This document shows positions 46,506 through 56,924 of a stretch of 64,000 nt of DNA, piece after piece. Source of the stretch: an uncultured Gammaproteobacteria bacterium (GTDB taxonomy: Bacteria > Patescibacteriota > Microgenomatia > UBA12405); NCBI GenBank assembly GCA_964537905.1, contig CAZICU010000001.1, forward strand, positions 15,046 through 79,045. The letters run 5' to 3'. The number at the start of each line of letters is the position of its first letter. Position 1 is the first letter of the stretch. The position numbers and the translations under genes are program-made. Below the pieces are notes generated by a model. It did not search any database, was not told where the DNA came from, and was given only the letters and a program-made list of their open reading frames with translations.

Positions 46506-47066
46506 TTAGTCTTGCCAAGTGATTGGTCTAACATTCACCAAAGTTCGACTAGAAACATTTGATCCAGCATTTCCAGTTACAATTGTGCTTCCTCCGACTA
46601 AATTTAAAGCTCCAGCCGCAACTCCAATAGACTTTTCTACCGTCGTTACGTTAGCTTGTTGATTAGTCCCAGAATCTGCATCTGCCTCGGTTATACCTTT
46701 AACCTCAACCGTATTAATTTTTGTTGGAGTTGTCATACAACCATAACAATAAGTCATACCACAACCACAAGCATCAGCATTAGCAATAGTCAAAGAACTG
46801 GCATTTGCATAAGCATTACCAGTAATAATAGTCTGACGATTCAAACCGCTAGCCGACAAAGCTAATACTTCTACTGATTTTGTTACCTCCGTCTGATTAG
46901 CTTGTACATTGCCGCCTGTATTTGCAGTTGCCACTGTTTGTGAGTTAATTTTTACTGTATTCACTTCTGGCATTTGAAAACTAGGCATATAATATGCCAT
47001 AGCTGGAACAGCAAAAGCCAACAAAGCTAGAGTAATTCCACCTAAACTAATTATCTTTTTTAACAT
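46506..47066 (-). CDS. Secreted protein (186 aa) with two copies of the TGNAxxNxSSxTxxN module found in the 844-aa neighbour
   Basis: Signal peptide ALLAFAVPAMA; repeat similarity by eye. Confidence 0.45.
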   Translation of the reverse strand: MLKKIISLGGITLALLAFAVPAMAYYMPSFQMPEVNTVKINSQTVATANTGGNVQANQTEVTKSVEVLALSASGLNRQTIITGNAYANASSLTIANADACGCGMTYCYGCMTTPTKINTVEVKGITEADADSGTNQQANVTTVEKSIGVAAGALNLVGGSTIVTGNAGSNVSSRTLVNVRPITWQD

Positions 47067-47306
47067 TATTTCTTCACCTCCTCAAACTAAATTAATAATT
47101 TTAGGACGCCAAAAAATATCTCGATCAAAACAACCATAAAAAAGAATGTTCCACTATCCTGCAATTTAATGCCTTTTTCTCTTCAAACAAATCACCTATA
47201 ACTAATCTAAAATAAATATCCACAACAACAACGTTGTAGCACTATTAAAAAAACTTGTCAATTTTAACTTTATACCTAAATTTTATAATTATATAAGAAA
47301 AATCCA

Positions 47307-48239
47307 TCAAAAAGCATCTGCTTTTTTTCTTTTTTTATTAGAGATTTCATTACCAGGAATTCTTTTTAAAGCAGTATCATATGTCAACAAAAATAAATCA
47401 ATTCCATTATTTATCTGATCAGAAGTCAATCCTCTAGTTATATCTAGACCTAAATGTTTTAATTTACTTATTAAGGATAAAGCAAATGCTGAAGCATTTC
47501 TCTCTTCCTCTTTTATCAATTGCTTTCCATAAATTAATTTTTGATCTATTTCATTTGTTTTTTTGTTTAAAGAAATACTCTCTTTCTTTAAACTTTCAAC
47601 TAAAGGACTTTTTATAAACTTTTCAGTTTCTACCATTTTAAATTGATATTTATGACCAAATTCATGGAATAATGCAAATAAGTTAAAAAAAGCACCTAAC
47701 CCTCGACCAAATTTCAAATCAATCATCTTCATTTGAGTTTCATTTTCATTCCAAACCACCACACCACCAGTTTCGTCAGTCACAAATCTTGAAGATCTAA
47801 ATAATTTATTTTCATAAACAATAGAAGTTCGATTCTTACCTGATTTATATAAATATCTTAATGGTTCTACACTAAAAAAATTACCTGATTCTTTATCAAT
47901 AATTTTGATATCACCAGAAAACATTCTTTTTGATTCAGGATAATATTCCAGTCTTTGCAAAACAATAATTCCATTACTACTTTGTCTAAAATATATTTTT
48001 TCATTTGGATTCTCTTTATCAGGAGTAAAAATTTTCAAACCATAAAAATCTTTATTTTTATCATAAACATCTCTATCTTTATCAAACAACGGATTATCTA
48101 TCGAGAACACACTTATGGTATTTAATCTTTTTTCTTGATCTTTTTTAAAATCTGGCTTTCTTAAATCAAAATCGGCTACAGGTATTACTGATTCTCCACT
48201 CTCCATAGTTTTTATATTAACATTTTGCTCTAAAAACAC
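47307..48239 (-). CDS. Hypothetical protein with HExxH motif (FHEFGHK)
   Basis: ORF; single HExxH. Confidence 0.35.
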   Translation of the reverse strand: MFLEQNVNIKTMESGESVIPVADFDLRKPDFKKDQEKRLNTISVFSIDNPLFDKDRDVYDKNKDFYGLKIFTPDKENPNEKIYFRQSSNGIIVLQRLEYYPESKRMFSGDIKIIDKESGNFFSVEPLRYLYKSGKNRTSIVYENKLFRSSRFVTDETGGVVVWNENETQMKMIDLKFGRGLGAFFNLFALFHEFGHKYQFKMVETEKFIKSPLVESLKKESISLNKKTNEIDQKLIYGKQLIKEEERNASAFALSLISKLKHLGLDITRGLTSDQINNGIDLFLLTYDTALKRIPGNEISNKKRKKADAF

Positions 48240-48287
48240 AATTAAACAAACCTAAAGCCAAACTCTATACTATAAAAATTACATAAA

Positions 48288-48854
48288 TTATTCAAAATCT
48301 ATGTAAAATCTTTTTTTTCCACATTTCAAACATTTAAATAAATATCCTTGTATATCCCCATGATTTCTCATAAATTCTTCCAAATTATCTTTTTCAATTC
48401 TCAAAATATCCAAAACTTCTTGGATATCATCAGGAACAATATCTTCAATAAATTCTCCAATTTCAACACCACTAACTTGGCCTATTTTACCTATAAATTC
48501 ACAAAAATCACCACAATGATCCATCCAATGATCTTCTTGTATTGAATAAAAACCAGGTGTTTTTTTTGTTAATTCATTTTTGTAATCATCATTTTCAACA
48601 TCACATTCATCAATAGTTGTAAATTCACCTTCATATTTTTTTGCCGCCGAACCATCAGCAATACAATTTGGACAAATTCTTCTTTCTTCTCCCTCATATT
48701 CATATGAATAAAAAGGACCAAAATAAGAATAATTCGAATGTTTACCACAAACAGGACATTCTGTTTCTTTTAACTCTATCGAACCGGTTTTTAAGGGATC
48801 TGGGTGGTATTTAAATTTAGGTAAATCAGTAGTAACTTTTTTATTATCTTCCAT
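48288..48854 (-). CDS. CbrC/UPF0167 family protein
   Basis: FKYHPDP...CPVCGK...Y.GP.Y...CPNC..G.A..K...HCG.F.E.IG...YLFKCLKCGKK mirrors the E. coli CbrC (YieJ) pattern. Confidence 0.55.
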   Translation of the reverse strand: MEDNKKVTTDLPKFKYHPDPLKTGSIELKETECPVCGKHSNYSYFGPFYSYEYEGEERRICPNCIADGSAAKKYEGEFTTIDECDVENDDYKNELTKKTPGFYSIQEDHWMDHCGDFCEFIGKIGQVSGVEIGEFIEDIVPDDIQEVLDILRIEKDNLEEFMRNHGDIQGYLFKCLKCGKKRFYIDFE

Positions 48855-48917
48855 TTCTAATAATAAATTTTTAACCTATTTCAATATATCACAATCAAAG
48901 CTTGATATAATACACTC

Positions 48918-49193
48918 ATGCAAAAAATCATTAAATTTTTAAAAGAGGTTGCAGTTGAATTAAAAAATATCACTTGGCCCAAAAAAGATACTTTAATTCA
49001 GCTTACAATTGTGGTAATATCTATCTCGATTATCATTTCCCTTATTTTAGGTAGTTTTGATTATCTTTTTACCAATTCTATTGGACTTATTGGTAAATTA
49101 AAAAATAATAATTCAAATCAAACGATTCAATCGATTGAACCTTCGATTATTCCTTTACCAACGGATGCTTCTACCGCTGGAATTAAAAAATAA
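48918..49193 (+). CDS. secE: Preprotein translocase subunit SecE
   Basis: FLKEVAVELKNITWPKKDTL followed by a single TM; immediately precedes nusG. Confidence 0.7.
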   Translation: MQKIIKFLKEVAVELKNITWPKKDTLIQLTIVVISISIIISLILGSFDYLFTNSIGLIGKLKNNNSNQTIQSIEPSIIPLPTDASTAGIKK

Positions 49194-49195
49194 TT

Positions 49196-49792
49196 ATGCC
49201 AAAAACATCTAATAAAACTATTCAAAAAGAGTTTCTTTTTAAACTCTCTTCTCGTGAACCTTCTTTTGATGCCGCTTGGTATGTCATCAATACCTATTCC
49301 GGTCACGAATATAAAGTTATAGAAGCTCTCAAAACCCGTATCAAAACTATGGGTCTTGAAGACCAAATTTTTCAAGCCATTATCCCAATTCAAAGCAAAA
49401 TGGTTATTCGACGGGGTCAAAAAGTTAAATCTCAAGAAAAAACTTTTCCTGGTTATGTTTTAATCCAAATGTCACTTTCCGATGATTCTTGGATTACTGT
49501 CCGGACTACTCAAGGAGTTACTGGATTTATTGGAGCTGACAACAAACCCCAAGCTATTTCTCAAGTCGAAGTCGACAAAATTCTTAATCATACCGAAGAA
49601 GAAAAACCAAAATACGAAACTCCATTTTCTATTGGCGATATCGTCAAAATTACCAGCGGTCCCTTTGCTGACTTTATTGGTACTATTGATAGTATCGACC
49701 AAGAAAAAGGTAAAATTCGCTGTTTAGTTTCTTTCTTCGAACGAGAAACTCCAGTCGAACTCGACTTTTTACAAGTTTCCAAAGAGTTGTAA
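49196..49792 (+). CDS. nusG: Transcription termination/antitermination factor NusG
   Basis: WYVINTYSGHEYKV NGN domain, C-terminal KOW (GDIVKITSGPFADFIGTI). Confidence 0.9.
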   Translation: MPKTSNKTIQKEFLFKLSSREPSFDAAWYVINTYSGHEYKVIEALKTRIKTMGLEDQIFQAIIPIQSKMVIRRGQKVKSQEKTFPGYVLIQMSLSDDSWITVRTTQGVTGFIGADNKPQAISQVEVDKILNHTEEEKPKYETPFSIGDIVKITSGPFADFIGTIDSIDQEKGKIRCLVSFFERETPVELDFLQVSKEL

Positions 49793-49836
49793 TTTTATTA
49801 CTACTCGCTACTTACTAATTAACTAATTTACTAATC

Positions 49837-50262
49837 ATGCCTAAAAAAATTAAAGCCATCGTTAAAATCGCTATTCAAGCAGGTTCAGCTAATCCAGCTC
49901 CTCCAGTCGGTACTGCTCTTGGTCCTCATGGTATTAAAATCATGGATTTCTGTAATGAATTCAATGAAAAAACCAAAGATCAACGAGGTTCAGTTATTCC
50001 TGCCTTGGTCACTATTTATGAAGATCGATCCTTCGAATTTATTCTAAAAAGACCTCCAGTTCCAGATATGATCAAAAAAGCAGCTGGTATCCAAAAAGGT
50101 ACTGGCACTGCTGGCAAAGAAAAGGTAGGTAAATTAACCATGTCTCAGGTTACAGAGATAGCTACCAATAAAATGCCTGATTTAAATACCAAAGATATTG
50201 AAGCCGCCAAAAGATCAGTCATTGGCACTGCCAAATCTATGGGGGTAGAAATAGTCCAATAA
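49837..50262 (+). CDS. rplK: 50S ribosomal protein L11
   Basis: KIAIQAGSANPAPPVGTALGPHGIKIMDFCNEFN. Confidence 0.9.
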   Translation: MPKKIKAIVKIAIQAGSANPAPPVGTALGPHGIKIMDFCNEFNEKTKDQRGSVIPALVTIYEDRSFEFILKRPPVPDMIKKAAGIQKGTGTAGKEKVGKLTMSQVTEIATNKMPDLNTKDIEAAKRSVIGTAKSMGVEIVQ

Positions 50263-50377
50263 CCAAGATACAAGAAACAAACATTATTAGTTACAAACTG
50301 AAAACTCAATAACCAAATATCAAGAAACAAACATTATTGTTTGGAATACTTGAAATTTGTATTTTGGGATTTCAAAA
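50258..50377 (+). repeat. Intercistronic element: partial copy (50258-50290) plus full copy (50308-50377) of aataaccaaRataMcaagaaacaaacattattgtttggaatacttgaaatttgtatYttggga
   Basis: Near-identical to 58408-58472 downstream of rplJ. Contains two hairpins (caaaca/tgtttg; aatac/gtatt). Confidence 0.75.
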
Positions 50378-50399
50378 TTTATAAATTAAATTTTGTATT

Positions 50400-51161
50400 A
50401 TGAGCAAAACCTCACAAGAAAACAAAAAGAAAGCTCTCAAAGAGCAAGAAAGTGTGGAAGTTCAAAGCACCGAAGGATTAAATCCTGAGATTGCCGAAGG
50501 ACAAAAGGCCGAAGAAACTACTACTGAAGTTTCAGAAACTCCAGCCGAAGAATCCCACAAAATTAAAACCGCCAAAGTTCGTGGCAAAAAATACCAAACT
50601 GCCAAGAAAAAAGTCGATGTTAATAAATATTATTCCTTAAAAGAAGCTATTTCTTTAGTTAAAGAAACTTCTTTTTCAAAATTCGACGGTAAAATCGAAG
50701 CTCACGTCACCACTTATGATATTGGTAACGTCGGTGAAATTACTTTTCCTCATTTAGAAACCGCTAGCAAAAAAATTGTTGTCCTCAATGACACTATTTT
50801 AACTGAAATCAAAGACGGTCAAGTAAATTTTGACATCATTATTGCTACTCCAGCTACTATGCCAAAATTATTACCTTTTGCTCGTGTTTTAGGCCCCAAA
50901 GGTTTAATGCCCAATCCTAAAAACGGAACGCTAACCGATGATCCAGAAACTGCTGTCAAACGTTTGTCAGTAGCCAAAACTATGGTCAAAACCGAGAAAA
51001 AAGCCCCTATTGTTCATATAGTAGTCGGTAAAATTTCTCAACCAGTCGATGAATTAACCGCTAACATCGAAGAACTTATCAAAGTAGTCAAATCCAACAA
51101 AATCAAAAAATTGGCTCTCTGTGCTACCATGGGTCCTTGTGTTAAAGTTGAGGTTAAGTAA
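50400..51161 (+). CDS. rplA: 50S ribosomal protein L1 with ~80-aa acidic/K-rich N-terminal extension
   Basis: L1 core KFDGKIEAHV...GPKGLMPNPK... Confidence 0.85.
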   Translation: MSKTSQENKKKALKEQESVEVQSTEGLNPEIAEGQKAEETTTEVSETPAEESHKIKTAKVRGKKYQTAKKKVDVNKYYSLKEAISLVKETSFSKFDGKIEAHVTTYDIGNVGEITFPHLETASKKIVVLNDTILTEIKDGQVNFDIIIATPATMPKLLPFARVLGPKGLMPNPKNGTLTDDPETAVKRLSVAKTMVKTEKKAPIVHIVVGKISQPVDELTANIEELIKVVKSNKIKKLALCATMGPCVKVEVK

Positions 51162-51281
51162 AACTTGACCGAAATTCCGCCATTGTAAGACTAAAATTAA
51201 ATAAAATTTTATTTTAAATCTAATTTCCCCTCCCAAAAGGAGGGGTTTTTGTGATTCTTAATTTTTCCGCTAAAATAGATA

Positions 51282-52001
51282 ATGGTCTCTTCTTTTAATC
51301 AACTTATTTATTTTTTTATTATATATTCTTTCCTCGGTTGGATTATTGAAATTATTTATACTTTTTTCAAAAGAAAAAAATTTATCAATCGTGGTTTTCT
51401 TTTTGGTCCATTTTGTCCTATTTATGGTTTTGGAATTATTTTTTTGATTAATCTCCTCCAGCCTTTTTTTTCTCAGCCTCTATTAATTTTTATTGGAACA
51501 ATTATTATCACTTCCACTATCGAATATTCCACTGGTTTTATTTTAGATAAAATTTTTCATACCCATTGGTGGAATTACTCTCAAGAACCATTTAATTTAA
51601 ATGGTTACATTTGTCTTCGTTTTTCTTTATATTGGGGAATTTTTGGCACATTATTTCTTTATTTTATTCATCCATATATCCAAAATTTAGTTATCAAATT
51701 AGATTTAAATAATTTTTGGTGGCTACCAAATTTGATAATTATTTATCTTCTTATTGATTTCGGTTTTACTTTAAAATCACTTATTAAAATCAAAGCTATT
51801 TATAAAAATTTCAATAAAGTTAAAAAACATTATCTCAATATTCGTCAAGAGTTTTATCAACACAATTTAAATCTTCTTGATTTTAAAAACGTCAAAAAAG
51901 ATTTTTCAAAAAACCGTAAAATGCTTCGTCGAAAAATTAAAAAATTCCATCTTGTCAAAGCTTTCCCTAATTTATATTTGATAAATAAACCCAAAAAATA
52001 A
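51282..52001 (+). CDS. Hypothetical polytopic membrane protein (239 aa)
   Basis: ORF; ~6 TM. Confidence 0.4.
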   Translation: MVSSFNQLIYFFIIYSFLGWIIEIIYTFFKRKKFINRGFLFGPFCPIYGFGIIFLINLLQPFFSQPLLIFIGTIIITSTIEYSTGFILDKIFHTHWWNYSQEPFNLNGYICLRFSLYWGIFGTLFLYFIHPYIQNLVIKLDLNNFWWLPNLIIIYLLIDFGFTLKSLIKIKAIYKNFNKVKKHYLNIRQEFYQHNLNLLDFKNVKKDFSKNRKMLRRKIKKFHLVKAFPNLYLINKPKK

Positions 52002-52006
52002 TAGCC

Positions 52007-52960
52007 CTATTTCAAAGCTAATTCAATCATTTTATCCAAAAGTTGCGGATAATCAATTCCAACTGCTTTAGCTTCTTTTGGTAGTAAAGAATTTGGTGTT
52101 AACCCTGGAATAGTATTCATTTCTAAAACTACTGGTTTAGTTCCTTCTTTAACTATAAAATCAACTCTAATAAATCCCCGAGAATTCGTTACTTCAAAAA
52201 CTTTCAAAGAATATTCTTGAATTTTTTTAGTTATTTCCTCATTTAACCTAGCTGGGACAATTTCTTCACATTTACCATCAGTATATTTTGCCTCATAATC
52301 AAAAAAATTATTTTTAGGACAAATTTCTATCACTGGCAAAGCTATTGGATCTTGGTTACCTATTACACCAGAAGAAACTTCCATTCCTGAAACAAATTCT
52401 TCAATTATCGCCGTTCTTTCAAAACCAAAAACTAAATCCAAAGCTTTATCTAAATTATTTAAATCATCTAAAATAGTGACTCCGACACTTGATCCCTGAC
52501 TTGCAGGTTTCACTACCCATTTATTTCCTAATTCTTTGATTCCATCCAGATCAACTAATTCCCCTTTTGTTACGTTTAACCCTTTTGGTACCGGTATTCC
52601 ATTTTTTTCTACTAATTCCAAAAATTTAATTTTATCTATTCCAATTTGCGACGCTTCTGATCCACAACCAGTAAATTTAATTCCTTCATCTTCAAATATT
52701 TTTTGGATTATTCCCCCCTCACCTATTCCACCATGCAAAGCAATAAAAACCACCTCTGGGAAAATAGTTTTGATTTTTTTCAAATCCAATTCAGATGTTT
52801 CCATTATCATCGGAATTACTTCGTATTTTTCTCTATTCAAATTTTTTAAAACCTCATTTCCTGAAGACAAAGAAACCTCATGTTCTGAACTTCCACCTCC
52901 CATTAACACCAATACTTTAATTTTTTGCATATGAATTTCATTATACCTGATAAAATACAT
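52007..52960 (-). CDS. ddl: D-alanine--D-alanine ligase
   Basis: GGGSSEHEVSLSSG N-terminus, ATP-grasp motifs, EMNTIPG. Confidence 0.85.
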   Translation of the reverse strand: MYFIRYNEIHMQKIKVLVLMGGGSSEHEVSLSSGNEVLKNLNREKYEVIPMIMETSELDLKKIKTIFPEVVFIALHGGIGEGGIIQKIFEDEGIKFTGCGSEASQIGIDKIKFLELVEKNGIPVPKGLNVTKGELVDLDGIKELGNKWVVKPASQGSSVGVTILDDLNNLDKALDLVFGFERTAIIEEFVSGMEVSSGVIGNQDPIALPVIEICPKNNFFDYEAKYTDGKCEEIVPARLNEEITKKIQEYSLKVFEVTNSRGFIRVDFIVKEGTKPVVLEMNTIPGLTPNSLLPKEAKAVGIDYPQLLDKMIELALK

Positions 52961-52962
52961 TA

Positions 52963-54168
52963 GTGAAAAAAAAACTTTCTTCGTTCGTTCTCAATTATAT
53001 TCGTTTCTTTGCCAAGCTCCAGCTTGCCAAAGTCCGTTTTCTTCAAAAAAGAAAACATAAACAATTAGATATTGTAGGTATCACCGGCTCTGCTGGCAAA
53101 AGTTCGACTCTTTTAGCCTGTCAATCCGTTTTCCCTAAAAACATCAAAGTCAAAACCAACAATGGCTGCAATTCTGAATCTGGTCTTCCTTTAAGTTTTC
53201 TTGATCTCAAAATTAATAATTACAATTTTTTTTCTTGGTTAAAAATTATTTTCCTTTCCCCACTTCAATATCTTATTAATTGGAAAACTTACGATATTTT
53301 AATTTTAGAAATGGGTATTGATTCTCCCCTTTGGCCTAAAAATATGGATTATCTTTTATCTATTGTTAAACCCAATATTGGCATTTTTCTCAATGTTAGC
53401 TCGGTTCATATAATGTCTTTTAAATCACTCGATCAAATTGCTGTCGAAAAAGCTAAATTAGTTAATCAAGCCCAAATTGCTATTATTAATTCTCAAGATA
53501 AATTAGTTGTTAAACACACTATTAATAATAATATTATTAAACTTATTCCTACTAATATTAAATTTAAAAAATTCTTTTTACCTTCAATTTATGATATTAG
53601 TTTTGGTGCCGCTCTTTCATTAGCTAAACTTTTTAATCTTCCCCAAAAACAAGCCATCGAAAATATTCAAAATAATTTTTCCTTGCCTCCTTCCCGTTCT
53701 TCAATTTTATCAGGAATCAAGAATACTACTATCATTGATAGCTCTTACAACTCCTCTCCACTTGCCTGCCAGGAATTACTTAAATTTCTTTCACAATTTA
53801 AAACCAAAAGGACAATTGCCGTATTAGGAGATATGCGAGAATTGGGCAAATCTAGTCAGTTTGAACACCATCGTATTTACGAAATTGCGATTCAATCAGC
53901 CGATTTAATTATCACTGTTGGTCCAGAAACTACCAAATATTTTGGTGATAAATCTCAAAAATTTACCTACTGGTGGCAAGCAGTCAATTATCTCCAAGAG
54001 ACTATCAAAGGTGGTGAAACCATTTTAATCAAAGGTTCTCAAAATACTATTTATCTGGAAGAATTAGTCAAAACTATCTTATCTGATCCAAAAGATTCTT
54101 CAAAACTCTGTCGTCAATCGTCTTGGTGGCTCAAAACCAAAGCCAAATTCAAACAAAAAAATAAATAA
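52963..54168 (+). CDS. murF: Mur ligase family protein, probably UDP-MurNAc-tripeptide--D-Ala-D-Ala ligase
   Basis: GITGSAGKSST P-loop, Mur ligase central and C-terminal domains; adjacent to ddl. Confidence 0.7.
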   Translation: MKKKLSSFVLNYIRFFAKLQLAKVRFLQKRKHKQLDIVGITGSAGKSSTLLACQSVFPKNIKVKTNNGCNSESGLPLSFLDLKINNYNFFSWLKIIFLSPLQYLINWKTYDILILEMGIDSPLWPKNMDYLLSIVKPNIGIFLNVSSVHIMSFKSLDQIAVEKAKLVNQAQIAIINSQDKLVVKHTINNNIIKLIPTNIKFKKFFLPSIYDISFGAALSLAKLFNLPQKQAIENIQNNFSLPPSRSSILSGIKNTTIIDSSYNSSPLACQELLKFLSQFKTKRTIAVLGDMRELGKSSQFEHHRIYEIAIQSADLIITVGPETTKYFGDKSQKFTYWWQAVNYLQETIKGGETILIKGSQNTIYLEELVKTILSDPKDSSKLCRQSSWWLKTKAKFKQKNK

Positions 54169-54172
54169 TACT

Positions 54173-54748
54173 TTACCCTTTAAAATCTCTATCTTTTTTC
54201 ATTTCTCTTTCAATCAAATTTCTCAAAAACACTGCCTTGGGAATCATTCTTTTTTGTCCTACCCAATCTAAATAATTCAAAATCCTTGGACTAACAAAAA
54301 AATTAAATCTCATGTCGACCAAAGCTTTGGCTTTTTTAATTGATTCTCGAATAATTTTTTCTAAATCATCTTCAGTATATTCTGCCAAAATTAATTTGGG
54401 ATTAGTAATCCCTTTTATAAAAATTGGGTTAGCTTCATTTTTATACAAAGCAATTACTGGTTTATTTTCTTTTAAAGCTTGGCTAATAATATAACCCATC
54501 GACATACTATGTCCCGAAACTTCCATTATTACGATATCCGTTTTATGAATAGATTTTAATACTTGTTCATAATTATTCTTTTTTATTTGAATCGGAGCTT
54601 GACTTAAATCTTCCACTCCCAATTTAACCCATTTCCACACTGTATCACTCACCATTTTATGGTCCTCAGCGATAAATTTATACATCTTAGAATAAAGATC
54701 GATATTTTTCCCTACTAATCTTGAAGAAGCCACAAAATATATCTGCAT
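54173..54748 (-). CDS. Hypothetical protein (191 aa), nucleoside 2-deoxyribosyltransferase-like Rossmann N-terminus
   Basis: Weak; IYFVAS.. N-terminal strand only. Confidence 0.3.
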   Translation of the reverse strand: MQIYFVASSRLVGKNIDLYSKMYKFIAEDHKMVSDTVWKWVKLGVEDLSQAPIQIKKNNYEQVLKSIHKTDIVIMEVSGHSMSMGYIISQALKENKPVIALYKNEANPIFIKGITNPKLILAEYTEDDLEKIIRESIKKAKALVDMRFNFFVSPRILNYLDWVGQKRMIPKAVFLRNLIEREMKKDRDFKG

Positions 54749-54774
54749 AACTTATTTTACTATATTTTTAAACC

Positions 54775-54915
54775 CTTTGTTCCTTCGGGATATTTCCCTT
54801 TAAAAGGGCAATTGTTTTCCTCAAAAATTTTCTAAAACCTAACCCTCACCCTGCCATGGGCAGGGTAAAAGAATATTCCCCTCTTATGAAAGAGGGGGTT
54901 AGGGGGAGATGGAAA
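54775..54915. other. Cluster of GC-rich hairpins in an AT-rich spacer (ccctgccatgggcaggg; cccctcttatgaaagagggg; cccttt-aaaaggg)
   Basis: Three palindromes read directly; located between two minus-strand genes. Confidence 0.5.
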
Positions 54916-55981
54916 ATTTTTCTTTAAAAAATTCCACATCCATTTTTATCACCTCATCCCAAGACTGTTTTAAATTATGATCATTATCTTGTCGAATATC
55001 CAATTCCACCTCTTTTCCCAACTTTTCCAATCTGTTTTGCAAATCTCGTTGCCAACTGACTTGACACCAAACATCAGCAGTTCCTTGATGAATCAAAATT
55101 GGGGCATTTATCCACTCATAAAAATTATCAATCGAATAAAGCTTACTGTCATAATCTTGTTCAAAATCAGCAATTTTTTGTTTGACAATTTTTCCTCCTT
55201 CACTCTCATCCATAGTTTCCAAAATACTTTGGGGAAATGGATTAGTCATTGGCGCCCACAATACTGTCGGATAATTTTTCCCTGTTATTTCCAACACCGA
55301 AATAGCAATTTGGCCCCCATTACTATGAGACCAAATTCCAATTTTATTACTATCAACATAATCTAAATTTTTTACTGATTCAATCAAATCCAATACACTC
55401 ACTGGTTTTTCAAATCGAGCCTCTAAAATATCTTTTGATTCTGAAAAAGACTTACCATATCCCAAAAAATCCAAACTGACAGTTACAAAACCATTTCTAG
55501 CCAATTCGTCAGCCGCTTTCCAACTTCCAGAACCCACAAAATACCCCTCACTTTCTGCATATCCTCGAATCATAATTATTATAGGCCTACTCACCAAGAC
55601 TGCGGAGCTGTCGGTGGGCACATTCATCATTCCACTTATTTTCTTTCCATTACTTTCAAATAAAATCTCATAACTCTTAAAATTATTTTCTTTTGTAACT
55701 CCTTCTTTTTTATAAGCCTTCAACAATTTTTTTCTTGCCTCATCCAACACAATACTTTCTCCCACAATTTTAATTTCCCCAGCTTTATTTTCTCTTTTTC
55801 TTAAATTTTCAAAATTATATTGAGCCAAATAACCTATATTTTTTTGCTTTACTGTTTTAGTTATCTTTCCACTACTTTTTGGCGATAACCAAGTAACTTC
55901 TTTTGATAAAAATTTTTCAATTCCTATCCCCAATCCAACAAATAAAATAAAAATCAGAATTATTTTAATAATTTTCATCAC
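54899..55981 (-). CDS. Alpha/beta hydrolase (dienelactone hydrolase/S9-like) with N-terminal anchor
   Basis: GIWSHSNGG nucleophile elbow (GxSxG), later D and H. Confidence 0.6.
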   Translation of the reverse strand: MMKIIKIILIFILFVGLGIGIEKFLSKEVTWLSPKSSGKITKTVKQKNIGYLAQYNFENLRKRENKAGEIKIVGESIVLDEARKKLLKAYKKEGVTKENNFKSYEILFESNGKKISGMMNVPTDSSAVLVSRPIIIMIRGYAESEGYFVGSGSWKAADELARNGFVTVSLDFLGYGKSFSESKDILEARFEKPVSVLDLIESVKNLDYVDSNKIGIWSHSNGGQIAISVLEITGKNYPTVLWAPMTNPFPQSILETMDESEGGKIVKQKIADFEQDYDSKLYSIDNFYEWINAPILIHQGTADVWCQVSWQRDLQNRLEKLGKEVELDIRQDNDHNLKQSWDEVIKMDVEFFKEKFSISP

Positions 55982-56092
55982 TCTTAATTTATACCAAAGT
56001 TTATTTAGAAATTAGACATTAGATATTAGAAATTTCATTTTTTATCCTATAATACTTGATTTGTTCAATTTAATAAGTTATAATCTCCTACT

Positions 56093-56737
56093 ATGTCTTC
56101 AGAGTTATCAATGACATCTGCTACTTTTTTTCACCTTTGGGGTGATTCCTTTGAATCTAATCAAAATTTTAATGATGATTATTGTTTAACCGCTCCTGAA
56201 CTCAAATGTTCATATAAATCAGAAGAAATCAAAGACGCATTTAAACCTATAATTGAAAGTATTAATAAATATTTTCCTTCATTAACTAATAAAAAAATTT
56301 TAGAAATCGGTGGTTCATCGGGCTTATTTTCTCAATATCTTCAAGATCAAAGTGCTGACGTTACTATGTTAGAAATACAAGAAAAATTTGTGGAAAAAGC
56401 CAAAGAAAGAGGCATTAACGCCAAAGTTTACACCGGTCTTAATTTTGATGATGTTATTAAAGGTCAATCTTTCGATATAATTGTTGCCAATCGTGTCTTT
56501 GAAGATATTGTTATGCCAGAATATAAGGCTCAAAATTTAGTTCGAGAACTTTATTCTCATCATCTCAATCCATCAGGAATCATCGTTATTGGAACTAAAC
56601 AACCAGAAGCTGTTTGGAAATATAATTCCACTCCTTCTATGAATTTTAAAACCAAAGAATCATTTTCTTATCGCCATTCTTATATTAAACAGGTCGATGT
56701 TTATCAAAAACCAACTCAAGAAAGTACATCTCTTTGA
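56093..56737 (+). CDS. Class I SAM-dependent methyltransferase
   Basis: ILEIGGSSGLFS (motif I), DIIVANRV. Confidence 0.6.
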   Translation: MSSELSMTSATFFHLWGDSFESNQNFNDDYCLTAPELKCSYKSEEIKDAFKPIIESINKYFPSLTNKKILEIGGSSGLFSQYLQDQSADVTMLEIQEKFVEKAKERGINAKVYTGLNFDDVIKGQSFDIIVANRVFEDIVMPEYKAQNLVRELYSHHLNPSGIIVIGTKQPEAVWKYNSTPSMNFKTKESFSYRHSYIKQVDVYQKPTQESTSL

Positions 56738-56924
56738 CAAAAACCAAAATTTAAGCTAAAATCCTATAATATAAAATTTAAAAAAATGAAAAATAGCTTT
56801 TCAATTTTTTTTAAAATTTTATCTCGCACCTTACCAGTTGGTAATTGTTTTAAACAAAAAAATATCTCAAACAATATTTCAATTAAAATTTCAGACGCAA
56901 GTCTGTTTATATAGATAACGTTAT

